Source: Pseudomonadota bacterium (GTDB lineage Bacteria > CALINM01). Taken from it: a stretch of 64,000 nucleotides of DNA. A program made the position numbers and the translations under genes. The stretch is from contig JAOABK010000005.1 in NCBI GenBank assembly GCA_026418415.1, forward strand, positions 1,943 through 65,942. Reading direction: 5' to 3'. How positions within the stretch are numbered: the stretch's first letter is position 1; the number at the start of each line of letters is the position of its first letter. Shown one piece after another: positions 21,565-31,309 of this stretch. Under the pieces are notes generated by a model. That model was not told the DNA's origin. It did not search any database and saw only the letters and a program-made list of their open reading frames with translations.

Positions 21565-21593
21565 ATTTTAATTGTAAAACAAATTTATGTCAA
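21565..21593 (-). promoter_or_regulatory. Sigma70-type promoter of the pyr operon (TTGACA-17-TAAAAT)
   Basis: Minus-strand TTGACA at 21593..21588; -10 TAAAAT at 21570..21565; 17-nt spacer; about 60-nt leader to ATG. Confidence 0.5.
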
Positions 21594-21691
21594 TTAAAAA
21601 ATCTAAGTTTTATACCTTTTATAAAAAGTTTTGTTTCACAATTTTCAAAAAGAAATATAAGTACTTGTTGTTAAAAATAATTCATAAAAAT

Positions 21692-23686
21692 TCAGATTTT
21701 GCAAACCACTCCACAAACCTCATTGAAATATAAAATAGCTCTATTAATATCACTCCCCCTTCCTACAAATATAATAATATCGTTCTCCATAAACTCAAAA
21801 TCTGGATCAGGGTTAACAATCAACTGTTCACCTCTTTTTATTGCTATTATTGTTACATTTGTTTTTTTTCTAATCTCCAGTTCTCTTATGCTTCGATTAA
21901 TTAGACTGCATTTGTCTGTAACAAGGTAACTTTCTACCTCAAGTTCCTTCAGAGCTGAAGTATGGTCATATAAACTATGTTTTGGAATTGTAACCCTTCT
22001 CAATGCTTTGTAGCTATCTTCTCTAAGGCTTTCTGCAATATCAAGTATTATATTACTTGGATAGTGGTAATATTTTAAGACCCTTGAAAAAATTTCAATG
22101 GATGTCTCGAGCTCTTCAGGAATTACCTCATTTGCACCTAATCTTTTTAGATCCTCTACTTCAAGAACGTATCTTGTTCTAACTATTATATATACAGTTT
22201 TGTTCTCCTTTCTAATTAATGAAACAATCCTTCTTGTTGCTGCAGCATCTGAGATGGCAATAACGACAGCCCTTGCCCTATCAAGACCTAAATGTTTCAA
22301 AACTTCTATACTCGTTCCATCGCCATAATATATTGGTTCTCCCCTTTTTTTCATTTCAGCAACAGTCACACTATTTATTTCAAGAATTACATAGGGAATA
22401 TTTAGCTCTTTCAAGATTTTCGCTAAATTTCTACCGTTTAAGCCAAAGCCTATTATAATAACATGATCATTTTTCTTTACTGCTCTGATCTCTTCATATT
22501 CCTTTGACTTTGTGTATAAATATTTTAGTATATTAAAAACTTCTGTCTTCTCTGAAATTTTATATGCAAAATTAATCATAAAGGGAGATAAAATCATAGT
22601 CATCACAGTTACCGATAATACCAATTGATAGACATCATCTCCTATCAAGTTCGCACTTTTTCCTGCAAATGCCAAAACAAAAGAAAATTCTCCTATCTGA
22701 GCAAGGCCAATTGAACTTATTATTGAAACTCTTTGAGATAATCTAAGGAAATAGGCTACAACTAAAATAGAAAATACTTTTATAAAAATTACAAGAAAAA
22801 GACTGAATAATACAAATATTAAATTTTGATAGATAAAATTTAGATTCATAAGCATTCCAACAGAAACAAAGAAAAGCCCCATAAAACTCTCTTTAAAGGG
22901 TATTATGTCTGACAAAGCCTGATGGGCATATTCTGATTCAGATATCATCAATCCTGCTAAAAATGCCCCAAGGGCCAGGGAAAGCCCTACATAGGAAGTT
23001 AAAATTGCGATACCTAAACAAATAACTATAATTGTGATAATAAAGAGCTCCCTACTCTTTGTTTTTACTATTTGATGCAAGAAATAGGGAAAGAGAAATC
23101 TCGCTCCTAAAAGAACAACAACAATTATCAAGCCTGCTTTAAATATTTTAAAAAAAATATCTTTTGCTGTAATACCCTCTCCTGCAAGTATTGGAACAAG
23201 CAGCATTAGAACTACAACAAATAGATCTTGAAAAATAAGTATCCCAATCATCGTTTTGCCATGGGGAGTATCAATATCTCCTTTATCTGCAAGTATTTTT
23301 AAGACAACTGCAGTACTGCTTAATGAAATAAGAAAACCTATAAAAATAGCAATTTTTAGGTTATTAAAATAATAATAGGCTAATATAAAAATTAATGCAG
23401 TTGTTATTAAAACTTGAAGTAATCCACCACCAAAAACAACCCTTTTTATTTTCAATAATTTTTTCAGAGAAAACTCGATACCAATTGAAAAAAGGAGCAA
23501 AACAACCCCAATCTCAGCAATTACCTCAATGCTATGGGTATTTGTTATAATACCAAGCATAGATGGCCCAATTAAAATTCCAGCCAGAAGAAATCCTACG
23601 AGTGAGGGTATTTTTACTTTTGTAAGTATAAAAACTATAATAGCGGAAACAATAAAAATTATCTCAATTATCCCGAGAAATTCCAT
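21692..23686 (-). CDS. kefB: Monovalent cation:proton antiporter of the CPA2 family, KefB/KefC-like, with C-terminal RCK (TrkA-N/TrkA-C) domains
   Basis: 664 aa; about 12 TM segments; Rossmann motif IIIGFGLNGRNLA; TrkA-C tail. Confidence 0.8.
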   Translation of the reverse strand: MEFLGIIEIIFIVSAIIVFILTKVKIPSLVGFLLAGILIGPSMLGIITNTHSIEVIAEIGVVLLLFSIGIEFSLKKLLKIKRVVFGGGLLQVLITTALIFILAYYYFNNLKIAIFIGFLISLSSTAVVLKILADKGDIDTPHGKTMIGILIFQDLFVVVLMLLVPILAGEGITAKDIFFKIFKAGLIIVVVLLGARFLFPYFLHQIVKTKSRELFIITIIVICLGIAILTSYVGLSLALGAFLAGLMISESEYAHQALSDIIPFKESFMGLFFVSVGMLMNLNFIYQNLIFVLFSLFLVIFIKVFSILVVAYFLRLSQRVSIISSIGLAQIGEFSFVLAFAGKSANLIGDDVYQLVLSVTVMTMILSPFMINFAYKISEKTEVFNILKYLYTKSKEYEEIRAVKKNDHVIIIGFGLNGRNLAKILKELNIPYVILEINSVTVAEMKKRGEPIYYGDGTSIEVLKHLGLDRARAVVIAISDAAATRRIVSLIRKENKTVYIIVRTRYVLEVEDLKRLGANEVIPEELETSIEIFSRVLKYYHYPSNIILDIAESLREDSYKALRRVTIPKHSLYDHTSALKELEVESYLVTDKCSLINRSIRELEIRKKTNVTIIAIKRGEQLIVNPDPDFEFMENDIIIFVGRGSDINRAILYFNEVCGVVCKI

Positions 23687-23740
23687 AATATAGAGTATAG
23701 AACAAAAGCAAATTTTTACAACGTCTTTGTGCAGTTTTAA

Positions 23741-24508
23741 TTAAAGTTTATCTTCCTTTAAAATTGGCAAAACTATTGAAATACCTTTTACATTCTCAAT
23801 TGTTGCATCAATTAAGTATACATTCTTAATCACATCTGAAGTAATCGTGTTTTTATTTCCATATACATGTACTTGACCATCTTTTAAAAATAAAAATTTA
23901 TCAGCAAACCTTATAGCCATGCTAATGTCATGTATTACTAAAAGGGTTGTTAAATTCATTTTTTTTGTAATTCTTCTAATCAGTGTCATCATCTCCATCT
24001 GGTTTTTTATATCCAGATGACTTATTGGCTCATCAAGCAATAGTACTTTTGGTTCTTGAGCAAGAGCACGAGCTATAAAAACTTTCTGAAGTTCACCGCC
24101 ACTAAGTTCATGTGTATTCCTAAAAGCTATTTCACTTAAATTAAGCATTGTTAATATTTCTTCTACCTTATCTAAATCTTTTTTTGATACCTCAAAATTT
24201 ATATGGGGCCTTCTTCCTAATAAAACTGTATCAAAAACAGTCGATGATATGCCATCTACTCTTTGTTGCATATAAGCAATATTTTTAGCAACATCTCTTT
24301 TGGTGAGTTCAGTTAGAAGTCTACCATCCAGATAAACATTTCCATTTTTTGGTTTCAAAATTCCACAAATGATTTTAAGAAGTGTTGTTTTACCAGATCC
24401 ATTAACACCAAGTATTGAAACAATATCACCCTTAGACGCCTCAAAACTAATTTCTTCCAACACATTCCTATCTTTATAGGAAAAATTTATTCTTTCAACC
24501 TTGAGCAA
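23741..24508 (-). CDS. ABC transporter ATP-binding protein (FecE/BtuD-type iron-chelate/cobalamin import)
   Basis: Walker A GVNGSGKTT; LSGGELQKV signature; Walker B LLLDEP. Confidence 0.85.
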   Translation of the reverse strand: MLKVERINFSYKDRNVLEEISFEASKGDIVSILGVNGSGKTTLLKIICGILKPKNGNVYLDGRLLTELTKRDVAKNIAYMQQRVDGISSTVFDTVLLGRRPHINFEVSKKDLDKVEEILTMLNLSEIAFRNTHELSGGELQKVFIARALAQEPKVLLLDEPISHLDIKNQMEMMTLIRRITKKMNLTTLLVIHDISMAIRFADKFLFLKDGQVHVYGNKNTITSDVIKNVYLIDATIENVKGISIVLPILKEDKL

Positions 24509-24511
24509 TGC

Positions 24512-25597
24512 TTAAAATCCTCTCTTAAATATAAGAAGATATAAAAAAAGAAAGGCACCTGCAAAAGATGTAATTATACCAACTGGCAAAACAACTGGTT
24601 TTAATACCTCTCTCGCAACTATATCTGAAAGAAGTAAGAGGAACGAGCCCGCAAGAGCAGAATAAGGAATCAAAAACCTATAATCATTACCCACCAAAAA
24701 TCTCATAATATGGGGCGCTATAAGACCTATAAAGCCTATTATTCCCAAGAAAGAAGTTATAACAGCAACTATTAGAGAACTCAAAAGCATTGAGATTACC
24801 CTGAGCCTCTCAACGTTCACCCCTAAACTTTTTGCAGATTCATCTCCCCACTGGATCGCATTGTAGTCCCATCTTACTATTAAAAAATATACAAAGGGGA
24901 TCATAAATGCCAAAAACATTATTTTATTGTAATACCAGTTAGCCTTTCCTAAGTCTCCAAAGGTCCAGAAAACTGTTGCAGAAACCTGAAAATCAGAAGC
25001 AAAGTATTGTAAAAACATTGTTCCTGCACCAAAAAATGAGCTTAACGCTACACCCGCAAGAATTATTGACTCTTTCGTTATATTTTTTAGTGACGAAAGC
25101 ATTAATATGAAAACCACAGAGAGAAGTGAAAAAATAAAAGCAGAAATTGTAACTAAATAGGGATTGTTTACTGTTACCATCTCATTACCCGTTATATGTG
25201 TTTGCCCAGCACCAAGAATAATTATTGCGAAGGCAGCACCGAAGGCAGCCCCCTGTGATACGCCTATTGTAAAAGGGGAAGCTAAAGGATTTCTTAAAAC
25301 ATTTTGCATAATAACACCAGCAACACCAAGACCAGCCCCTGCAATTATAGCTCCCACTGAGCGTGTAAACCTGATATCCCATATTACATGTCTATATTCG
25401 CTCTTTTCTTCAAAAAGCAATGTAGACAAAATCTCTTTAAAACTTATATTAATAGAACCTACTTTTAGTGAGTAAAAAAAGATTATTGAAAGGCTGAAAG
25501 CTAAAAATAATCCAACTAAAAGCTTTTTTCCTATTAAATTTAAATAAATTTTTTTACTATTCAACTCTAATTGTCTCTTTGAAACTAATCTTTCCAT
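24512..25597 (-). CDS. FecCD/BtuC-family ABC permease
   Basis: 361 aa; about 10 TM; FecCD fold. Confidence 0.85.
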   Translation of the reverse strand: MERLVSKRQLELNSKKIYLNLIGKKLLVGLFLAFSLSIIFFYSLKVGSINISFKEILSTLLFEEKSEYRHVIWDIRFTRSVGAIIAGAGLGVAGVIMQNVLRNPLASPFTIGVSQGAAFGAAFAIIILGAGQTHITGNEMVTVNNPYLVTISAFIFSLLSVVFILMLSSLKNITKESIILAGVALSSFFGAGTMFLQYFASDFQVSATVFWTFGDLGKANWYYNKIMFLAFMIPFVYFLIVRWDYNAIQWGDESAKSLGVNVERLRVISMLLSSLIVAVITSFLGIIGFIGLIAPHIMRFLVGNDYRFLIPYSALAGSFLLLLSDIVAREVLKPVVLPVGIITSFAGAFLFLYLLIFKRGF

Positions 25598-26651
25598 ATC
25601 CCAAGTAGTTACTTTTTAATTTTTCATAAGCATAAACACCATTAAACATATAAATGATTTCTTCGGTTTTTTTCACTATATCAATATCTTTGAACAGGTG
25701 GGGATAAATTATCTTCCCCATATAGTAGGCATTTGCAAGTGCTATCTCTATATTAGTGTGATAGAAGTTAAAGGGTAAAACAGAAAAAACTTTTTTCTCC
25801 TTTACAGCCCTTAATCTTTTAAAATAATCAGGGTTTCTACTGTAATCTTCCTTTAGCATCTCAAAACCACCAGTATCTAAAAAAATAAAATCTGGATCCC
25901 ATTCAATTATTTTTTCTTTATCAATAAATAAATGCTCTCTTTTGCCTAAAACGTCCACAACGTTGTTCCCATTTATAAGTTTTAATGGAAAATAATTTCC
26001 TTGGGTGCTTGTAATTGTATGTCTTCCAGCATAAGATACCGCTCCTACATAAACCTTTGGTTTATTTTTTACTTTTGATGTTCTTTTATATAAATCTTTA
26101 ACAACACTATCTAAATAAACTACAAGTTCTTTAGCCCTCTTCTCCTTATCAAGTAATCTACCAAGTATGGTTAAAGAGGCTTTGACTGAATCTAAATCGA
26201 CAAAACCTCTTCCCCCATAACTCAGATATAAAACTGGTAAATTAGTTTTTTGCTGAATTGTCTCAACAAGACTCAAATCTAACCCCATTGTTATAATAAG
26301 ATCGGGTTTTACTGAAATGATTTTTTCAAAATCAGGCAGTTTATTAGGCCCACCTTCTCCAATTACAGGAAGATTATCTACTACATTTGATATTGCCAGA
26401 GTATATGGTCTGCCCGATTCATTTTTGTTTTTTCTTTCATAGGCTTCTATTCCAACCACTTTATCTATTGCTTTTAAATAAGTAATAAATCTCATTGCAC
26501 TTCCCAAAGGGACGATTTTCTTTATTTTTTTTGGTATTAATAGCTTTCTTCTCGCCATATCCTCAAATAAAATTTGATCGTTAGCATAGGAGAGGGATAT
26601 CGAAAAGAAAAGAATTACAAAAATTGAGGAGAAAAAGATTTTTTTTAACAT
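25557..26651 (-). CDS. Periplasmic substrate-binding protein, class 8 (FecB/BtuF/FhuD-like)
   Basis: Signal peptide; PBP8-type bilobal architecture motifs; 364 aa. Confidence 0.75.
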   Translation of the reverse strand: MLKKIFFSSIFVILFFSISLSYANDQILFEDMARRKLLIPKKIKKIVPLGSAMRFITYLKAIDKVVGIEAYERKNKNESGRPYTLAISNVVDNLPVIGEGGPNKLPDFEKIISVKPDLIITMGLDLSLVETIQQKTNLPVLYLSYGGRGFVDLDSVKASLTILGRLLDKEKRAKELVVYLDSVVKDLYKRTSKVKNKPKVYVGAVSYAGRHTITSTQGNYFPLKLINGNNVVDVLGKREHLFIDKEKIIEWDPDFIFLDTGGFEMLKEDYSRNPDYFKRLRAVKEKKVFSVLPFNFYHTNIEIALANAYYMGKIIYPHLFKDIDIVKKTEEIIYMFNGVYAYEKLKSNYLGYGKISFKETIRVE

Positions 26652-26669
26652 ACTATTACCAGTTATAAA

Positions 26670-27209
26670 TTACCAACCCCTTGTATATTCTTTGTAACAA
26701 TCTAAACAAACCTTTTTCCCGTCTTGTAATCTCACTCTATTTTCAGCAGTTCTTTCTCCACAAATTTCACAATCATAGCTTTGAAAAATCAATGCTTTCT
26801 CTGGCAATTCAAAACTTGGCTCTTTAACTTCAAAGAGATCAAAAAAATCTGCCTGTAATATATAGTTTTGTATTGCATCTCTATCTTCTTCCATCCAGTT
26901 AATTTTTCTTTTAAAGACAATTCTAAATTTTTTATCACTCCCTCTTTTAAAAAAAGTGAAAGCAAGTTTGCCTCTATCATGATAAATAAGATTTCCCTTC
27001 CCTAAAGTACAGCCAGTTATAACCTGAATGGCATCAACACAACAGGCATCATTTTCAGAAACACAAACAATCTCCTCATCCTCTGAATACCTTACCCCTA
27101 ATCTACTTAAAGCAAATTCTCCAGCTCTGTAACCTATTGCAAGAACTGGGCAACTATGACCATGAAACTCAATGCATCTTTCCCATAGACTTCTTTGCAT
27201 ACACATTTT
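26670..27209 (-). CDS. FmdE-family protein with C-terminal zinc ribbon. The ORF track extends it to 27305; the true start is probably at 27209 or 27203.
   Basis: FHGHSCPVLAIGYRAGEFAL FmdE motif; C-terminal CEICGER...CLDCY zinc ribbon. The longer annotated start overlaps the upstream TBDR gene by 85 nt. Confidence 0.7.
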   Translation of the reverse strand, partial: KMCMQRSLWERCIEFHGHSCPVLAIGYRAGEFALSRLGVRYSEDEEIVCVSENDACCVDAIQVITGCTLGKGNLIYHDRGKLAFTFFKRGSDKKFRIVFKRKINWMEEDRDAIQNYILQADFFDLFEVKEPSFELPEKALIFQSYDCEICGERTAENRVRLQDGKKVCLDCYKEYTRGW

Positions 27210-27219
27210 CAAGCCTCCA

Positions 27220-29457
27220 TTAAAAGTTAAATGATAAATTCGCTTTAAAGCTAAAAGGAGCACCAACACCATATGTTGTTCCAGCCACCGCATCATCCAT
27301 AGCATTAATTAACGAAACATATTTCTTATCAAAGATATTATCAAAATCTAAAGACAGCTTTAGAGTCTTTATTTTTCCTAAATTCTCCATAGTATAGCCA
27401 ATACTTAAATCAAAAACTGTATATGAAGGAATTCTTTCTTTATGCTCAACATCACCATATCTTTTCCCTATATATCTCATCTTAGGTATAACTTCAAAGC
27501 CCTTTATCTTAGCTATAAATCCAGATGTTATAACCCATTTAGGCACGTCAACAACCTGTCTACCATCTGTTTTTAACATTTGTCCAGAATAGGTAATATT
27601 TCCATCATAAGTTAAGTTTGTATAAGCAGGGTTTAGATAAAAGATAAATTTATCTGTGAAATAAATATTAGCACCAAATTCAAATCCATAGCCATCCGCT
27701 TTGCCAATATTTTGCTGATAATTTACAGGCTTCCCAGTTAAAGGATCTATAACTCTTGGATCTGTTATAACTGTAAGGAGATTTTTATTTTTTGAAAAAA
27801 ATAATGTCGGATTGAATTCAAAATAATTGGTTCTTATTCTCAGACCAATATCAAGATTATTGCTTTCTTCAATATCTCTATCTTTAAAAAGATCTTTTAG
27901 TGTTATGCCTGCCGATAAAAACCTTGTCCTTAATCTGTTATACAAAGTAACTAATGGCAAGTAAGCATAGGGTCTTATAAAGGTTTTGCCATAACTAATA
28001 TAGGATTCTACATTGTCATTAAAAGAATAAGACAAGCCTGCAGTAGGTAGCCATATATCGTACGTTACTTTCTCTCTATCAAGATCAATAGCCCTCTGAA
28101 GAACTGGGATACCACTTATAAACCTCGTTATATAACCCTGACTATCTGAATCTTCAAATCTAAAATATTTTAAACCTGCCTGCCAGTTTAATTTATATAT
28201 CGTGCCAGCAACCTTAAGATACGGACTCTTGATAAATGCATCTCCAGAAGTAGCTGTTACGCCATACCCTCTATATCTAAGAGAGCCATCTGGATTTAAC
28301 CAGTAATTTTCAGTATATATGTTCATATTTGAGATTTCATAATGATACCCACCGATTAACTTTATATTTTCTGAATCAAAAGTCAGCTCTCCTATCAATC
28401 CCTTTCTCTCTATGTCTCTTGTCCTGTCTAAAACGCCCGGTCTTCCCTGTATGTTTTGAGTACCATCCCTTAACTTTGCATCTTCCAATGATAGATAAGG
28501 TTTTAAGACAAGTTTTAACTTATCTGCTAATTTTGCTGAAAAAGCTATATACATATCTTTGTTTCTATGTGTTTCCCAGTTATATTTATAGTATAAATAA
28601 TCCTTAGCTGGTACACCCAAAAGAGAACTATTAAAATCTAGGCGATAAAAGGTACTCAGATTTTCTACAAGTTTGTAAGTTAGAAACCTATATTTATAAT
28701 GTTCAACTTCATTAAAATTACTCCATAATTTTATCTCTATCTTTTCTCCAATTGGTTGAACAAGAGTAAAATTAAGATTATTTCTTGGGCTTATTTCTCC
28801 TGGACCTTTCCATTTATCCTGTTCAGAAAAAGAATAGGATAGAGAGAACTTAGTATTAAGATGATAAATAGCGCCAGTATCAAGTCTTGCATAGGTTTTC
28901 TTATAATCAAAGTTTCCAAGAGACTGAGAAAACTTAATGCCAAAATTCTCCTTAGCCCAAAGTGGTCTAAGCTCCAAAGCTCCTGCTCTATTACCAATAC
29001 CAGAACCAAGATCTGCGGGAACCGCACCTTTATAAATCGCTACACTCTCGAAATTTTCAAGATCATAAATATAAGCCCTTGGTCCTATTGGATTTCCACC
29101 ATAGTTAGGAATACCTTCAACAGTTAGAGCACCTAAATATCCCCTAACTCCTCTTATCCTTAAGTTAGTTTGTTCAGAAGCCATATTATTTGGATCAATA
29201 CTTTCATAAACAATTCCCGGTAAAATTGTAATCGTTTCATAAATATTTTGTTTTGCCTTATCACCAACGATTTCAATCCCCTTGCTTGTTATTTCTGTTC
29301 CAGTATAAACTGTCTCACCTGTCTGTTTTGTCGGTATAACAATTTTATCTCCTATAACAATAACTTCTTCTAATTCAGTTTCTTTTTCTTTTCCTAAAAC
29401 ATATGTAAAACTAAACAATAAAAAACTAATAAGAAGCATTAATCTGCATATAAACAT
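27220..29457 (-). CDS. TonB-dependent outer-membrane receptor
   Basis: 745 aa; signal peptide; plug domain then 22-strand barrel; terminal aromatic residue (…NLSFNF). Confidence 0.85.
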   Translation of the reverse strand: MFICRLMLLISFLLFSFTYVLGKEKETELEEVIVIGDKIVIPTKQTGETVYTGTEITSKGIEIVGDKAKQNIYETITILPGIVYESIDPNNMASEQTNLRIRGVRGYLGALTVEGIPNYGGNPIGPRAYIYDLENFESVAIYKGAVPADLGSGIGNRAGALELRPLWAKENFGIKFSQSLGNFDYKKTYARLDTGAIYHLNTKFSLSYSFSEQDKWKGPGEISPRNNLNFTLVQPIGEKIEIKLWSNFNEVEHYKYRFLTYKLVENLSTFYRLDFNSSLLGVPAKDYLYYKYNWETHRNKDMYIAFSAKLADKLKLVLKPYLSLEDAKLRDGTQNIQGRPGVLDRTRDIERKGLIGELTFDSENIKLIGGYHYEISNMNIYTENYWLNPDGSLRYRGYGVTATSGDAFIKSPYLKVAGTIYKLNWQAGLKYFRFEDSDSQGYITRFISGIPVLQRAIDLDREKVTYDIWLPTAGLSYSFNDNVESYISYGKTFIRPYAYLPLVTLYNRLRTRFLSAGITLKDLFKDRDIEESNNLDIGLRIRTNYFEFNPTLFFSKNKNLLTVITDPRVIDPLTGKPVNYQQNIGKADGYGFEFGANIYFTDKFIFYLNPAYTNLTYDGNITYSGQMLKTDGRQVVDVPKWVITSGFIAKIKGFEVIPKMRYIGKRYGDVEHKERIPSYTVFDLSIGYTMENLGKIKTLKLSLDFDNIFDKKYVSLINAMDDAVAGTTYGVGAPFSFKANLSFNF

Positions 29458-29608
29458 TTTTCCCTCCTAAGTTTTTTACTTTTCACCTCCCTTGTGATAA
29501 AATTAGTGTTGCGGGAGGTTTATACCTTCTTCGCAGGGGCAGAAAAGAACTCATACTTGGCAGGGTACTGGTCTTTTCTGCCCTTTTCAATAAAACTTAT
29601 ATTTCCTG
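29458..29608 (-). promoter_or_regulatory. Structured 151-nt leader between exbD and the TBDR gene. It has a 12-bp hairpin and a CCUCCC anti-SD that can pair with either of two GGGAGG/GGAGGG sites.
   Basis: Stem 29537..29548/29572..29583, GGGCAGAAAAGA/UCUUUUCUGCCC; anti-SD at 29513..29518; decoy GGGAGG at 29486..29491; true SD at 29462..29467. Confidence 0.4.
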
Positions 29609-30013
29609 TCACCTCCTTTCAGTTGCTATACTATAATTTTTTATCCCCGCTAACCTAACCTCATCGATAACACTAATTAAAATGCCCACATCAGCCTCTT
29701 TATCCGCTTTTATCCTTATAAAATCATTTTCGTTATTTTGATTTAATAAGATTGCTTCTTTTAACTTATTTATACTGACCTCGCCACCCATAAAATAAAC
29801 CCTACCTTCCTTAGTAATGTATATATCCTTTAAATCTTCTTTTATATTCTGAGAGGTCTTAGATTCTGGAAGTTTTAGTTTTAAAACAGGTTCTTTTATA
29901 AAATTGGAAGAAAGCATAAAAAATAAGAGCAACAAAAAAACAACATCCACAAGAGGTGCTATGTTTATATGTGTGTGATTATATTTTTTTCTTTCAAATT
30001 CCATAAATATCAC
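29609..30013 (-). CDS. exbD: Biopolymer transport protein ExbD/TolR
   Basis: 134 aa; single N-terminal TM (APLVDVVFLLLLFFM); ExbD fold. Confidence 0.85.
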   Translation of the reverse strand: MIFMEFERKKYNHTHINIAPLVDVVFLLLLFFMLSSNFIKEPVLKLKLPESKTSQNIKEDLKDIYITKEGRVYFMGGEVSINKLKEAILLNQNNENDFIRIKADKEADVGILISVIDEVRLAGIKNYSIATERR

Positions 30014-30552
30014 TTTTCCTTATTTCTCTTAGTAAAAATTGACAGGGAAATCTCTTTCAAGAGAAAGACTATTTCATCTAATTGTTTCTCTAAATAGTGA
30101 TGTCCCACATGAATTGGTATTGCCACAAGAAGGCCAAAAGCTGTTGTAATTAATGCTTCCCAGATACCACCAGCCAACATTGAAGGGTTTACACTATTAT
30201 TTTGAGAGATGACCATAAATGCCTTTATCATTCCTGTTACAGTACCAGTAAGTCCTAACAATGGAGCGATTGTTGAAATCAAAGCGAGCCAGCTAAGACC
30301 TCTTTCCATCAAACGAACTTGTTTAGTACCTATAATTGATATCTCTTTTTCACTTAATCCATCATAGATCGCTTTAATTATTGGCTTTATAATATCTGGT
30401 TTGTTTTTGATTATTTCTTCTAAAGGTTGTTCTAAAATTTGATATAATTTTCTATATTCCAAAAATTTATTTATAATTATTGCTAATCCAAAAAAAGAGC
30501 ACACTGCTATGGGATACATTAAAAATCCACCCTTTATAAAATACTCAAACAT
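30010..30552 (-). CDS. exbB: MotA/TolQ/ExbB proton channel protein
   Basis: 180 aa; 3 TM; ExbB family. Confidence 0.85.
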   Translation of the reverse strand: MFEYFIKGGFLMYPIAVCSFFGLAIIINKFLEYRKLYQILEQPLEEIIKNKPDIIKPIIKAIYDGLSEKEISIIGTKQVRLMERGLSWLALISTIAPLLGLTGTVTGMIKAFMVISQNNSVNPSMLAGGIWEALITTAFGLLVAIPIHVGHHYLEKQLDEIVFLLKEISLSIFTKRNKEK

Positions 30553-31271
30553 TACTCACTCCTTAAACTAAATTTGATGGGCAGTATAGCCTTTGATGAT
30601 ACTGGCTTACCATCAACCATTGCTGGCAAAAAAGTTGATTTTTTTACTGCATCAATAGCAGACTCTGTAAATCCATATCCTGCTGATTCAATAACCTCAA
30701 CATTAAGCAATTTGCCATTTTCATCTATTGTAAGTCTTAAAACTACTTTTCCTTCTTTGCCAATTTTCCTTGCAAGAAGAGGATATTGAGGTATAACCCT
30801 ATTCAAAAATTTTGGAGCCTCTTTCTTACCAAATTCAATATCAATTAAAGGTTTTACATCCAAAACTGGTTTTTTGTCTGTTTTATCAATTTTAGAAACG
30901 ATTTTATTTTCTTCTAATGTAGAGACACTCTCTTTATCCTGTCTGTTTTGACTATTTTCCGCCACAATTTTCATAGATTCTCCATTTTCTTGTTTTTCAA
31001 TAATATCCTCTTTGTTATTCGTTAAATTTTCCTCAAACTCTTTAATTTTTATTACAGGAGATTCTTTTTTATCGACTGTATCAACTTTATTTAAAAACTT
31101 ATTTTCTTTATTATTCCTAACGGTTTTTTCAATTGGTCGTTCATCAACAAAAAGTATCTCCATATCCGTATAATCATTCTTAATTAAAATAGGCATCGGT
31201 ATAGCAATTAACCCTATGTGTACAAACAAAGAAATCAAAAAAGCAGATAATCTGCTTTTTTCCATAATCAT
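30552..31271 (-). CDS. tonB: TonB energy transducer (Lys/Glu-rich linker instead of Pro-rich)
   Basis: N-terminal TM anchor; C-terminal TonB_C domain VIPQYPLLARKIGKEGKVVLRLTIDENGKL... Confidence 0.75.
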   Translation of the reverse strand: MIMEKSRLSAFLISLFVHIGLIAIPMPILIKNDYTDMEILFVDERPIEKTVRNNKENKFLNKVDTVDKKESPVIKIKEFEENLTNNKEDIIEKQENGESMKIVAENSQNRQDKESVSTLEENKIVSKIDKTDKKPVLDVKPLIDIEFGKKEAPKFLNRVIPQYPLLARKIGKEGKVVLRLTIDENGKLLNVEVIESAGYGFTESAIDAVKKSTFLPAMVDGKPVSSKAILPIKFSLRSE

Positions 31272-31309
31272 ACCCCAATTTTTTGATTTTACCTTCTGGA
31301 TGATAATTT

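Noticed and set aside
25164-25475. Antisense ORFs inside the FecCD permease gene (also 25185..25382). Similar antisense ORFs lie at 34595..34946 in rpsP/KH, 45170..45424 in the Gly-rich gene, and 58923..59390 in fcl.
   Set aside because: These are shadow ORFs on the opposite strand of well-supported genes. Their biased composition (Pro/Ala/Ser runs) mirrors the sense-strand codons.
26670-27305. 85-nt overlap between the FmdE-like ORF and the TonB-dependent receptor gene
   Set aside because: The conserved FmdE domain begins at the internal Met (27209 or 27203), so the N-terminal extension is non-coding.
29458-29608. Cobalamin riboswitch upstream of the TonB-dependent receptor
   Set aside because: It is expected from context (BtuB-like receptor plus BtuFCD-like importer). 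However, no B12 box (GCCACUG) or conserved aptamer core is recognisable, and the spacer is short (151 nt). I kept it only as an unclassified structured leader.
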